Source: Pristiophorus japonicus (Eukaryota). From it: a DNA stretch of 64,000 nt. Where the stretch lies: NCBI RefSeq assembly GCF_044704955.1, contig NC_091984.1, forward strand, positions 148,242,001 to 148,306,000, in the 5' to 3' direction. The notes beneath the pieces are model-generated. The model did no database searches. It was not told the origin of the DNA and worked only from the letters and a program-made list of their open reading frames with translations. The position numbers and the translations under genes are program-made. Of this stretch, positions 10,508 to 23,300 are shown piece after piece. Each line of letters starts with the position of its first letter. The stretch's first letter is position 1.

Positions 10508-13414
10508 ATGAGGAAAAGTGTAGGGCAGAGAAACCCAAGGCAAAGAACAAAAAGGGCCACTGTACAGCAAAATTCTAAAAGGACAAAGGGTGTTAATAAA
10601 ACAAGCCTGAAGGCTTTGTGTCTTAATGCAAGGAGTATCCGCAATAAGGTGGATGAATTAATTGTGCAAATAGATGTTAACAAATATGATGTGATTGGGA
10701 TTACGGAGACGTGGCTCCAGGATGATCAGGGCTGGGAACTCAACATTCAGGGGTATTCAACATTCAGGAAGGATAGAATAAAAGGAAAAGGAGGTGGGGT
10801 AGCATTGCTGGTTAAAGAGGAGATTAATGCAATAGTTAGGAAAGACATTAGCTTGGATGATGTGGAATCTATATGGGTAGAGCTGCAGAACACCAAAGGG
10901 CAAAAAACGTTAGTAGGAGTTGTGTACAGACCTCCAAACAGTAATAGGGATGTTGGGGAGGGCATCAAACAGGAAATTAGGGGTGCATGCAATAAAGGTG
11001 TAGCAGTTATAATGGGTGACTTTAATATGCACATAGATTGGGCTAGCCAAACTGGAAGCAATACGGTGGAGGAGGATTTCCTGGAGTGCATAAGGGATGG
11101 TTTTCTAGACCAATATGTTGAGGAACCAACTAGGGGGGAGGCCATCTTAGACTGGGTGTTGTGTAATGAGAGAGGATTAATTAGCAATCTCATTGTGCGA
11201 GGCCCCTTGGGGAAGAGTGACCATAATATGGTGGAATTCTGCATTAGGATGGAGAATGAAACAGTAAATTCAGAGACCATGGTCCAGAACTTAAAGAAGG
11301 GTAACTTTGAAGGTATGAGGCGAGAATTGGCTAGGATAGATTGGCGAATGATACTTAGGGGGTTGACTGTGGATGGGCAATGGCAGACATTTAGAGACCG
11401 CATGGATGAAGTACAACAATTGTACATTCCTGTCTGGCGTAAAAATAAAAAGGGGAAGGTGGCTCAACCGTGGCTATCTAGGGAAATCAGGGATAGTATT
11501 AAAGCCAAGGAAGTGGCATACAAATTGGCCAGAAATAGCAGCGAACCTGGGGACTGGGAGAAATTTAGAACTCAGCAGAGGAGGACAAAGGGTTTGATTA
11601 GGACAGGGAAAATGGAGTACGAGAAGAAGCTTGCAGGGAACATTAAGGCGGATTGCAAAAGTTTCTATAGGTATGTAAAGAGAAAAAGGTTGGTGAAGAC
11701 AAACGTAGGTCCCCTGCAGTCAGAATCAGGGGAAGTCATAACGGGGAACAAAGAAATGGCGGATCAATTGAACAAGTACTTTGGTTCGGTATTCACTAAG
11801 GAGGATACAAACAACCTTCCGGATATAAAAGGGGTCAGAGGGTCTAGTAAGGAAGAGGAACTGAGGGAAATCTTTATTAGTCGGGAAATTGTGTTGGGGA
11901 AATTGATGGGATTGAAGGCAGATAAATCCCCAGGGCCTGATGGCCTGCATCCTAGAGTACTTAAGGAGGTGGCCTTGGAAATAGCGGATGCATTGACAGT
12001 CATTTTCCAACATTCCATTGACTCTGGATCAGTTCCTATGGAGTGGAGGGTAGCCAATGTAACCCCACTTTTTAAAAAAGGAGGGAGAGAGAAAACAGGG
12101 AATTGTAGACCGGTCAGCCTGACCTCAGTAGTGGGTAAAATGATGGAATCAATTATTAAGGATGTCATAGCAGTGCATCTGGAAAATGGTGACATGATAG
12201 GTCCAAGTCAGCATGGATTTGTGAAAGGGAAATCATGCTTGACAAATCTTCTGGAATTTTTTGAGGATGTTTCCAGTAAAGTGGACAAAGGAGAACCAGT
12301 TGATGTGGTATATTTGGACTTTCAGAAGGCTTTCGACAAGGTCCCACACAAGAGATTAATGTGCAAAGTTAAAGCACATGGGATTGGGGGTAGTGTGCTG
12401 ACGTGGATTGAGAACTGGTTGTCAGACAGGAAGCAAAGAGTAGGAGTAAACGGGTACTTTTCAGAATGGCAGGCAGTGACTAGTGGAGTGCCGCAAGGTT
12501 CTGTGCTGGGGCCCCAGCTGTTTACATTGTACATTAATGATTTAGACGAGGGGATTAAATGCAGTATCTCCAAATTTGCGGATGATACTAAGTTGGGTGG
12601 CAGTGTGAGCTGCGAGGAGGATGCTATTAGGCTGCAGAGTGACTTGGATAGGTTAGGTGAGTGGGCAAATGCATGGCAGATGAAGTATAATGTGGATAAA
12701 TGTGAGGTTATCCACTTTGGTGGTAAAAACAGAGAGACAGACTATTATCTGAATGGTGACAGATTAGGAAAAGGGAAGGTGCAACGAGACCTGGGTGTCA
12801 TGGTACATCAGTCATTGAAGGTTGGCATACAGGTACAGCAGGCGGTTAAGAAAGCAAATGGCATGTTGGCCTTCATAGCGAGGGGATTTGAATACAGGGG
12901 CAGGGAGGTGTTGCTACAGTTGTACAGGGCCTTGGTGAGGCCACACCTGGAGTATTGTGTACAGTTTTGGTCTCCTAACTTGAGGAAGGACATTCTTGCT
13001 ATTGAGGGAGTGCAGCGAAGGTTCACCAGACTGATTCCCGGGATGGCGGGACTGACCTATCAAGAAAGATTGGATCAATTGGGCTTGTATTCACTGGAGT
13101 TCAGAAGAATGAGAGGGGACCTCATAGAAACGTTTAAAATTCTGACGGGTTTAGACAGGTTAGATGCAGAAAGAATGTTCCCAATGTTGGGGAAGTCCAG
13201 AACCAGGGGTCACAGTCTGAGGATAAGGGGTAAGCCATTTAGGACCGAGATGAGGAGAAACTTCTTCACCCAGAGAGTGGTGAACCTGTGGAATTCTCTA
13301 CCACAGAAAGTAGTTGAGGCCAATTCACTAAATATATTCAAAAGGGAGTTAGATGAAGTCCTTACTACTCGGGGGATCAAGGGTTATGGCGAGAAAGCAG
13401 GAAGGGGGTACTGA
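10508..13414 (+). CDS. CR1 ORF2p: APE endonuclease + reverse transcriptase
   Basis: NARSI, ITETW, MGDFN and SDH endonuclease motifs; PGPDG, LDFQKAFDKV, PQGSVLGP and KFADD RT motifs; 968 aa with no stops. Confidence 0.96.
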   Translation: MRKSVGQRNPRQRTKRATVQQNSKRTKGVNKTSLKALCLNARSIRNKVDELIVQIDVNKYDVIGITETWLQDDQGWELNIQGYSTFRKDRIKGKGGGVALLVKEEINAIVRKDISLDDVESIWVELQNTKGQKTLVGVVYRPPNSNRDVGEGIKQEIRGACNKGVAVIMGDFNMHIDWASQTGSNTVEEDFLECIRDGFLDQYVEEPTRGEAILDWVLCNERGLISNLIVRGPLGKSDHNMVEFCIRMENETVNSETMVQNLKKGNFEGMRRELARIDWRMILRGLTVDGQWQTFRDRMDEVQQLYIPVWRKNKKGKVAQPWLSREIRDSIKAKEVAYKLARNSSEPGDWEKFRTQQRRTKGLIRTGKMEYEKKLAGNIKADCKSFYRYVKRKRLVKTNVGPLQSESGEVITGNKEMADQLNKYFGSVFTKEDTNNLPDIKGVRGSSKEEELREIFISREIVLGKLMGLKADKSPGPDGLHPRVLKEVALEIADALTVIFQHSIDSGSVPMEWRVANVTPLFKKGGREKTGNCRPVSLTSVVGKMMESIIKDVIAVHLENGDMIGPSQHGFVKGKSCLTNLLEFFEDVSSKVDKGEPVDVVYLDFQKAFDKVPHKRLMCKVKAHGIGGSVLTWIENWLSDRKQRVGVNGYFSEWQAVTSGVPQGSVLGPQLFTLYINDLDEGIKCSISKFADDTKLGGSVSCEEDAIRLQSDLDRLGEWANAWQMKYNVDKCEVIHFGGKNRETDYYLNGDRLGKGKVQRDLGVMVHQSLKVGIQVQQAVKKANGMLAFIARGFEYRGREVLLQLYRALVRPHLEYCVQFWSPNLRKDILAIEGVQRRFTRLIPGMAGLTYQERLDQLGLYSLEFRRMRGDLIETFKILTGLDRLDAERMFPMLGKSRTRGHSLRIRGKPFRTEMRRNFFTQRVVNLWNSLPQKVVEANSLNIFKRELDEVLTTRGIKGYGEKAGRGY

Positions 13415-13839
13415 AGTTTCATGTTCAGCCATGAACTCATTGAATGGCGGTGCGGGCTAGAGGGGCTGAATGGCCTGCTCCTGCACCTATTTTCTATGTT
13501 TCTATGTTTCTATGAATCCTCATTTACCGCACCTCCACCATGATCCCTCACCAAATCTCCGCCACGATCCCTCACCGCTCCTCCGCACCAAACATTGGCT
13601 GGAACTCCGCCATGACCACTCAGCAAATCTCAGCCACGATCCCTCATCGCTCCTCCCCTCGATCACTCGCCACACCTCCCCGTGACCTTCCCGCTTCTCT
13701 GCTTTACCTAGGCTCAGCCGATGCTCCTGCCCACGCTCCAAATGGCGACCTGGGTCCTGATGACATCACCCAATCGCCCACCTCGAAGCCGTCGCTCACT
13801 TGGAGCAGCTCGCGCTGGGAGTTGTCGTGGTATGACTTG

Positions 13840-16800
13840 TAATGGGTGATTTTAACCTCCATATTGATGGGACAAATCAAATTGGTCAGGGTAGCGTTGA
13901 AGAAGAGTTCATAGAGTGCATAAGGGATGGGTTCCTTGAGCAGTCTGTAACGGACCCAACTATGGGGCAGGCTATCTTAGATCTGGTCCTGTGTAATGAG
14001 GCAGGATTAATAAATAATCTCCCAGTAAAGGATCCCCTTGCAATGAGTGATCATAGCATGGTTGAATTTCAAGTTCAGATGCAGAGTGAGAAAGATGAAT
14101 TTCTAACCAGCGTACTAAGCTTAAATAATGGAGACTACAAAGGTATGAGGGCAGAGTTGACTAAAGTGGACTGGGAAAATAGATTAAAGTGTGGGATGGT
14201 GGATGAACAGTGGTGTACATTTAAGGAGGTATTTCACAACTCTTGAAAAATATATTCCAGTGAGGAGGAAAGGGTGTGAAAGAAAAGATAGCCATCCGTC
14301 TCTAACTAAAGAAATAAAGGATGATATCTAATTAAAAACAAGGGCATACAACGTGACCAAAACTCATGGAAGGACAAAAGATTGTGAAGCTTTTAAAAGC
14401 CAGCAAAGAATGACCAAAAAAATAAACAAGAAAGGAAAGATGAAAGTAAGCTAGCACAAAATTTAAAAACAGTTAGCAAGAGTTTCTCCAGGTATATAAA
14501 AAGGAAAAGAGTGGCTAAAATAAATGTTGGCCTCTTCGAGGATGAGACCGGGGAATTAGTGATGGAGAACATGGAGATGGCAGAAACTCTGAACAAATAT
14601 TTTGTAGCAGTCTTTACGGTAGAGGACACTGACAATATTCCTACAGTGGATAGTCAGTGGATAGTGGGGGGAGGAACTGAACACAATCACAATCACTAAG
14701 GAGGTGGTACTCAGTAAGATAATGTGACAAAAGGCGGATAAATCCCCTGGACCTGATGGCTTGCATCCTAGGGTCTTCAGAGAAGTAGCGAAAGCGATAG
14801 TGGATGCATTGGTTGTAATTTACCAAAATTCCTGGGGAGTTCTGGGGAGATCCCAGCAGATTCAAAAACTGCAAGTGTAATGCCTCTAATTATAAAAAGG
14901 ATGCAGACAAAAATCAGGAAACTATAGACCAGTTAGCCTAACATCTGGAGATGGGGAAATGTTGGAGTCCATTATTAAAGAAGCAGTAGCAGGATATTTG
15001 GAAAAACATAATTCAGTCAGGCAGAGTCAGAATGGATTTATGAAGGACTTCTTTGAGGATGTAACAAGCAGGGTGGATAAAGGGGAACCAGTGGATATAG
15101 AAACATAGAAACATAGAAAATGGGTGCAGGAGCAGGCCATTCAGCCCTTCTAGCCTGCACTGCCATTCAATGAGTTCATGGCTGAACATGAAACTTCAGT
15201 ACCCTCTTCCTGCTTTCTCGCCATACCCCTTGATCCCCCGAGTAGTAAGGACTTCATCTAACTCCCTTTTGAATATATTTAGTGAATTGGCCCCAACCAC
15301 TTTCTGTGGCAGAGAATTCCACAGGTTCACCACTCTCTGGGTGAAGAAGTCTCTCCTCATCTCGGTCCTAAATGGCTTACCCCTTATCCTTAGACTGTGA
15401 CCCCTGGTTCTGGACTTCCCCAACATTGGGAACATTCTTCCTGCATCTAACCTGTCTAAACCCGTCAGAATTTTGAACGTTTCTATGAGGTCCCCTCTCA
15501 TTCTTCTGAACTCCAGTGAATACAAGCCCAGTTGATCCAGTCTTTCTTGATAGGTCAGTCCCACCATCCCGGGAATCAGTCTGGTGAATCTTCGCTGCAC
15601 TCCCTCAATGGCAAGAATGTCCTTCCTCAAGTTAGGAGACCAAAATTGTACACAATACTCCAGGTGTGGCCTCACCAAGGCCCTGTACAACTGTAGCAAC
15701 ACCTCCCTGCCTCTGTACTCAAATCCCCTCGCTATGAAGGCCAACATGCCATTTGCTTTCTTAACCGCCTGCTGTACCTGCATGCCAACCTTCAATGACT
15801 GATGTACCATGACACCCAGGTCTCGTTGCACCTCCCCTTTTCCTAATCTGTCACCATTCAGATAATAGACTGTCTCTCTGTTTTTACCACCAAAGTGGAT
15901 AACCTCACATTTATCCACATTATACTTCATCTGCCATGCATTTGCCCACTCACCTCACCTATCAAAGTCACTCTGCAGCCTCATAGCATCCTCCTCACAG
16001 CTCACTCTGCCACCCAACCGCAAATTTGGAGATACTACATTTAATTCCCTCGTCTAAATCATTAATGTACAATATACATATGGTGTATTTGGATTTCCAG
16101 AAGGCATTTTACAAGGTGCCACATAAAAGGCACAAGATAAAAGTTCATGAGGGAGAGGGGGGTAATATATTAGCAGGATAGAGGATTGACTAACTAACAG
16201 AAAACAGAGAGTCGGGATAAATCGTTCATTCTCGAGTTCGCTAACTGTAATCAGTGCTGGGACCCCAACTATTTACAATCTATATTAATGACTTGGAAGA
16301 AAGGACTAATTGTAATATAGCCAAGTTTGCTGATGATACAAAGATAGGAGGAAAAGCAATGTGTGAGGAGGACACAAAAATCCTGCAAAAGGACATAAAC
16401 AGGCTAAGTGAGTGGGCAAAATTTGGCAGATGGTGTATAATGTTGGAAAGTATAAAGTTACGCACTTTGGCAGAAATAAATGGAAGAGCAAGTTATTATT
16501 TAAATAGAGAAAAATTACAAAGTGCTGCAGTACACAGTGGGACCTGGGGGTCCTGGTGCATGAAACACAAAAGGTTAGTGTGCAGGTACAGGATCAGGAA
16601 GGCCAATGGAATCTTGGCCATTATTGCAAAAGGGATGGAGTATAAAAGCAGGGAAGTCTTGCTACAGTTATACAGGGTATTGGTCAGGACACATTTGGAA
16701 TACGGCATACAGTTTTGGTTTACATATTTACGAAAGGATATACTTGGTTTGGAGGCAGTTCAGAGAAGGTTCACTTGGTTGATTCTGGAGATGAGGGGGT

Positions 16801-17232
16801 TGACTTATGAGGAAAGGTTGTGTAGGTTTGGCCTCTACTCTTTGGAATTCAGAAGAATGAAAGGTGATCTTCTCAAAACGTATAAAATTATGAGGGGGCT
16901 TGACAAGGTGGATGCAGAGAGGATATTTCCACTGATGGGGGAGACTAGAACAGATGTCATAATCTTAGAATAAAGGGCCACCCATTTAAAACTGAGTTGA
17001 GGAGGAATTTCTTCTCTCAGAGGGTTGTAAATCTGTGGAATTTGCTGCCTCAGAGAGCTGTGGAAGCTGGTTCATTGAATAAATTTAAGACAGAGATAGA
17101 CAGTTTCTTAACCGACAAGGGAATAAGGGGTTAGGGGAGCGGGCGGGGAAGTGGATCTGAATCCATAATCGGATCAGCCACGATCATATTAAATGGCGGA
17201 GCAGGCTCGAGGGGCCGTATGGCCGACTCCTA
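13840..17232 (+). mobile_element. Older decayed CR1 LINE (frameshifted ORF2), host of a nested young copy
   Basis: MGDFN..SDH at 13842, RT pieces to 16973, 3' UTR and ttcttatgttct tail at ~17220-17232. Confidence 0.88.
15097..16073 (-). mobile_element. 5'-truncated copy of the young CR1 family
   Basis: ORF 15196-15930 is almost identical to the C-terminal 244 aa of ORF2 10508-13414; (catagaaa)n tail at 15097. Confidence 0.93.
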
Positions 17233-17489
17233 CTCCAATTTCTTATGTTCTAATCCTTCCCCCTCTCCAGCGCTCTCTCCTCCATCAAACACCATCCTTT
17301 CACCCAGGCCTTCAATCACCCTTCCTAAAGCCCCCTGAACCCACGCTCCCCCAGTTCTTACAGCAGTGATGTGAAGCATCTTGAGACCTTTGGCATGTTA
17401 AAGGCACCAGATCAATGCACGCTGTGTGTGGATTTTGGGTGAGGACAGTGCTGGTCACAGTGGTGAGGCCTCCTGCAGTCGGATATCCT

Positions 17490-19148
17490 GCTGAGAGGGT
17501 CCAGACTTACACATCTGGGATGGGGAAGTGGGTGAAGTCGGAACGTGCTGTCGGGCCCATGGAACTGGACCCCAGCATGAAGCCTTCCTCAGGAGAGGAG
17601 AGGGAATGTTCAGAGCCCTGGGCTCTATTTCCCATACCAGGCATTTCCTGTCCCAGTGAATGAATGAGATGCTAATGTTGTGCCCAGGTTAGGGGCAGTC
17701 TAGTGCTGTGGGCCCAGGTCTGCAAGAGGGAATTGGATATATACTTGAAAAGGAACAATTTGCTGGGTTACGGGGAAAGAGAGGGGAAGTGGGACTAATT
17801 AGGTAATTCTTTCAAAGAGCTGGCACAGGCACGATGGGCCGAATGGCCTCATTCTGTGCTGTAAGATTCTCGGCTGTGAGCGCGGTTCACAGTTTTCTCC
17901 CGCGTCATTAACAAACGTACAGCTGTGACAACCTCCCTCTTTCACTTCCTCTGTGGGTGAAGTTTCATTCTTCCGATCTGTCAGTCTCTTCAGTTATTTT
18001 TTGCATGGGGGATTTCTGCTGTGGTCTGAGTCTCTAATATTAACCATCCAATCAGGCAGAATAACAGCAGCTCGGACCGGCTAGGACAGTGAACCCAGAC
18101 TCAGTGCTGACCCTGCAACGTCCTCCTCACCAACATCTGGGGACTTGTGTCAAAAGTGGGAGAGCTGCCCCACAGACTCGTCAAGCACCAGCCTGACATA
18201 GTCCTACTCACAGAATCAGACCTTTCAGCCAATGTCCCAGACTCCTCCATCACCCGAGGTGGCAGCTCAGTGGTATACAGTCGGGAGGGAGTGGCCTTGG
18301 GAGTCCTCAACATTGACTCCGGACCCCATGAAGTCTCATGGCATCAGGTCAAACACGGGCAATGAAACCTCCTGCTGATTACCACCTCCCGCCCTCCCTC
18401 AGCTGATGAATCAGTACTCCTCCATGTTGAACACCACTTGGAAGAAACACTGAGAGTAGCAAGGGCACAGAATGTACTCTGGGTGGGGGACTTCACTGTC
18501 CATCACCAAGAGTGTCTCGGTAGCACCACTACTGGCCGAGCTGGCCGAGAGGGGCGATGCTGACATTGCAATCCCAGGTACCGGAGGACTGGAGGACTGC
18601 AAACGTGGTACCTTTGTTTAAAAATGGAGCAAGGGATAGATCGAGTCACTACAGGTCAGTCAGCCTAACCTCGGGGGTGGGATAGGAGGAATCTTCATTT
18701 AACAAAACACGGATTAATCAAGGACAGTCAGCTTGGATTTGAAAAACTTGATTGAATTTTTTGAGGAGGTAACCAGGAGAATCGATGAGGGCAGTGTGTA
18801 TGATGTAGTGTATATGGATTTTAATAAGGCTTTTGATAAGGTCCCACATAGAAGATTGGTCATGAAAATAAAAGCCCATGGAATCCAGGGCAAAGTAACA
18901 AGTTGGATCCAAAATTGGCTCAGAGGCAGGAAGCAAAGGGTAATGTGTGACAGGTGTTTTTGTGACTGGAAGGATGTTTCCAGTGGGGTTCTGCAGGGCT
19001 CAGTGCTGGGTCCCTTGCTTTTTGTGGTATTTATCAGTGATTTAGACATGAATGTAGGAAGTATGATTAAGAAGATTGCAGATGATACTAAAATCGGCTG
19101 TGTGGTTGATAATGAAGATTAAAGCTGTAGACTGCAGGAAGATATCAA
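17490..19148 (+). repeat. Inner part of the left arm of the inverted segmental duplication (mirror of 56368-59510)
   Basis: Unique sequence and chimeric LINE junctions (e.g. gggtgggataggagg-aatcttcatttaacaaaacacgg) recur reverse-complemented; ORFs 18147-18365 and 57052-57270 differ by one residue. Confidence 0.9.
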
Positions 19149-19164
19149 TGAACTGTACTGCAGC

Positions 19165-19398
19165 TGTCATGTATCCTACATGGCCACTGTTGGTACTCTA
19201 TCAAGATGTACCATCAGAGGGCACAGCAGTGGGAGACTCGTAGGTTACCTGTACAGGCGTGCCTGACATAGTGTAAAAGGCAGGCCACCAGGTGTGATCC
19301 TTACTCTGGAGTTAACTAATAAAGGCCTAAGGTCACTCCAGTTCAAGCACAACACACTGCCTCGTGGAGTCATTGTTAGCGCATCTAAGCACACAACA
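19165..19398 (+). mobile_element. Solo LTR (Gypsy-type, 234 bp)
   Basis: TGTCA..CAACA ends, internal AATAAA, 5-bp TSD GCAGC (19160-19164 / 19399-19403). Confidence 0.85.
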
Positions 19399-20369
19399 GC
19401 AGCATTTTGTAATCTCTGCCCATTTAAATAATAATCTGCGTTTTTATTTTTCACATTATACTCCATCTGCCAAATCTTTGTCCACTCACTTAGCCTGTCT
19501 ATATCCATTTGCAGAATCTTTGCGTCCTCCTCACAACTTGCTTTCTCACCTATCTTTGTACATCAACAAATTTGGTTACATTACACTCAGTCCCTTCATC
19601 CAACTCATTTATATTGACTGTAAATAGTTGGGGCCCCAGCACTGATCCCTGCGGCACCCCACTAGTTACAGATTGCCAACCTGAAAATGACCCATTTATC
19701 CCGACTCTCTGTTTGCTGTTAGTTATCCAATCCTCTATCCATGCTAATATATTACCCCCAGCCCTATGAGCTCTTATCTTGGGCAGTAACCTTTTATGTG
19801 GCAAGGACGGCAGGTTTCCTTCCCTAAAGGATGTCACTGAACCAATTGGGCTTTTGTGACAATTTGACAGCTTTGTGGTCACTTTTACTGAGACCAGCTT
19901 TTTATTTCTAGAATTTAAAAAAGAGCTGAATTGAAATAGTCAAAGGGCCATGGTGAGATTGTGGGGATTATTAGTGCAGGCCTGTGGAGTGCTCTGCAGC
20001 AACATAACCACAACACGACTGTACCCACAAGAGGTGTGTGTGCTGCTGGTGCCCGCGATCACAGGGCAATCATCGGCAAAGCAGCCCTGATAACATTCAG
20101 CTTTGGCTTTACATTGATCATTGTCCTGGATTGGTGCTGGGCACATCTCCTTGGGTTCTGTCCTCGGGTCTGGTGCTCACATTGTGCATACTATGGGGAG
20201 GTTGTGAGTGCATGATGTCACAATCAATGTTTACAATGTTCCTGTCTTGATACATTGAGTATTCCCACCACTTCAAAGTTCTTGCCTTCAGTGTTTAGTT
20301 AACAGTACGATTTATTCAGATGAGACATGAAACCGAGGGTGCAGAGGAGATTCACGATGGTGTTGCCTG

Positions 20370-23300
20370 TGTTATGCATGTAAACCTGTAAATACCATGT
20401 CTAAACAGCAGAGGGCTCATCCTCTGGAGTTCCAAGGGATCCCACAATCCCTTGGGAGCACCTGCATATAAAGAGGCCTCACAGGCTGGAGAGGCACTCT
20501 GAGATCTGTAATAAAGGACGACAGTCACACCTTACTTTGAGCTTGCAGTATCTAGTCTGACTCTTTATTCAAGACACAACAATTGGTGACGAGATACAGA
20601 TGACAACGCAGAGAAGCGTGGGCATCCTGGAGGAATTTTCAGAGGGAGATAATTGGGAAATCTTCGTGGAGCGACTCGACCAATACTTCATGGCCAATGA
20701 GCTGGAAAGAGAAGCGAACACTGCCAAACGAAGGGCGATCCTCCTCACTGTTTGCGGGGCACCAACGTATGGCCTCATGAAAGATCTGCTCGCTCCAGCG
20801 AAACCCACAGACATGTCGTACGATGAGTTGTGCACACTGGTCCGCGAGCAACTAAACCTGAAGTCAAGCGTTCTGATGGCGAGGTATCGGTTCTACACGT
20901 ACAAGGCCAGGAAGTGGCAAGCTACGTCACCGAGCTCAGGCGCCTTGCAGGACATTGCAAATTTGAAGGACACTTGGAGCACATGCTCAGGGACTTCTTT
21001 GTATTTGACATTGGCCATGAAGTAATACTTCACAAACTTTTGAATGTAGAGACCCCAAACTTGAGTAAATCCATAGCGATATCCCAGGTGTTTATCGCTA
21101 CCAATGACAATACCAAACAAATCTCTCAGCACACTAGTGCTGCTCCAAGTACTGTGAACAAAGTAATGTTGTTTTCGAATCGAACTGTACATGGCAGGAC
21201 TTACACACCTGCAGCTGCACGTCTGCCATTGAATCAGAGTCCACCATTAAGGGTGGTGAATATAAGGCCATTAACAACTTGTTGGCGCTGCGGGGGTGAT
21301 CATCGTTTCCATTCATGTCACTTCAAAGGATACGTTTGCAAGGGCTGTGGAACAATGGGACACCTCCAACACATGTGCAGGCGAGCGGCAAACCCTGCTA
21401 ATCCTGCAAACCACCATGTTGCAGAGGAGGACAGATCCACAGTGGATCACGAAGAAACAGAGCCTCTGGCCAAGTAGGCAGATGTATATGGGGTGCACAC
21501 ATTTACCAAAAAGTTTTCCCCGATAATGCTGAAGGTTGACTTAAATGGACTCCCGGTGTCCATGGAGCTGGACATGGGCGCAAGCCAGTCCATAATGAGT
21601 AAAAAGACTTTCGATAAATTGTGGTGCAACAAGGCTTCAAAGCCAGTCCTGACTCCCATTCGTACTAAACTGAGAACTTACACAAAGGAACTGATTCCCG
21701 TAATTGTCAGTGCTACCGTAAAGGTCTCCTACGATGGAGCAGTGCATGATTTACCACTCTGGGTGGTACCGGGCAATGGCCCCATGCCATTCGGTCGGAG
21801 CTGGCTGGGAAAGATACGCTGAAACTGCGACGACGTCCGAGTGCTTTCTGTCCTTCGACGACACCTCATGTGCCCAGGTCCTAAACAAGTTCCCCTCGCT
21901 GTTCCCCAGGCATCGGGAAGTTCCAAGGAGCAAAAGTGCAGATCCATTTGATTCTGGGGGTGCGAACCATCTATCACAAGGTGAGAGCAGTACCTTACAT
22001 GATTAGAGAGAGGGTGGAGATCGAGCTGGACAGGCTGCAACGAGAGGGCATCATTTCGCCGATCGAATTCAAGCAGTGGGCCAGTCCAATTGTTCCAGTC
22101 CTCAATGGAGATGGAACCGTCAGAATCTGTGGCGATTACAAAGGAACTATCAATCGTTTCTCACGACAGGATCAATACCCATTACCAAAGGAAGATGACC
22201 TATTTGCGACACTGGCGGGAGGGAAACCGTTCAGGAAGCAGGAATTGACCTCGGCCGACATGACGCAGGAGCTGGAGAAATCATCGAAAGGCCTCACCTG
22301 CATCAACATGCACAAAGGTCTGTTCATTTACAACAGATGCCCGTTTGGGATTCGATCGGTCGTGGTTGATACGTCCTTACTATACAGTATAAATGCACAC
22401 GAGGCCCATGCTTGAGAGAAGGTCAGTCTGTGACCTGTCCTTTATTCCTTCACACTCAAGTGATGAATATGGGTGGAGCTTCCCCTTTTATACCTGAAGG
22501 TCCAGGTTAGGAGTGTCTCCCACCTTGTGGTCATTGTTCTCACAGTGTACAACTTAGGTCAGATTATACATGGGTTACAATGCTGGTTGACATCACCGCT
22601 CCCGCAAAGTCTTATTGGGATCACAGGTTGAGTCTCTCTGGTGGTTTACGCTCTCTGGTAGAGCGCCTGAGTTGGGGCTCTGGTTGTTGGGCGCTGGCCT
22701 GAGTGTCTGCTGTTTGCGGTGCCTCAGGCCTAACCAGACTGCCCACAGTGATTGGGCTCTCCTCCTTTTGGTTCCGGTGTTCGGTCACTTGTGGTGGAGT
22801 GAACTCTACATCGTGTTCTTCCTCTGCTTCTTCTATGGGGTTGCTGAACCTCCTTTTTGTTTGATCCACGTGTTTGTGGCAGATTTTTCCATTGGTAAAT
22901 TTAACTACCAGAATCCTAATTCCCTCTTTGGCAATCACAGTGCCTGTGAGCCATTTGGGCCCTGCAGCGTAGTTGAGGACAAAAACAGGATCATTTACAT
23001 CAATACATCGCGCCCTCGCATTCCTGTCATGGTAGTCATTTTGTGGCTGGCGCCTGCTCTCGACAATTTCTTTCATGGTGGGGTGAAAAAGGGATAGCCG
23101 GGTTTTGAGCGTCCTTTTCATTAGCAGCTCTGCGGGTGGAACCCCTATGAGCGAGTGTGGTCGGGATCTATAGGCCAACAGGAGGCATGATAAGCGGGTT
23201 TGTAGGGAAGCCCCTTGGATTCTGAGCATCCCCTGTTTGATTATCTGCACTGCTCGTTCTGCCTGGCCGTTTGAGGCCGGCTTGAACGGTGCCGTTCTGA

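Larger units (their letters stand above)
8769..13514 (+). mobile_element. Full-length, apparently intact young CR1 LINE
   Basis: 5' monomer array, uninterrupted ORF1 and ORF2, 3' UTR and (tttctatg)n tail ending at 13514. Confidence 0.95.

Noticed and set aside
10747-12573. Long antisense ORFs over CR1 ORF2
   Set aside because: Shadow frames of the LINE coding sequence with no independent motifs
14600-17232. Old CR1 as part of the inverted duplication with 57641-59212
   Set aside because: Insertion sites differ and the left arm has the empty site, so they are independent copies of one family
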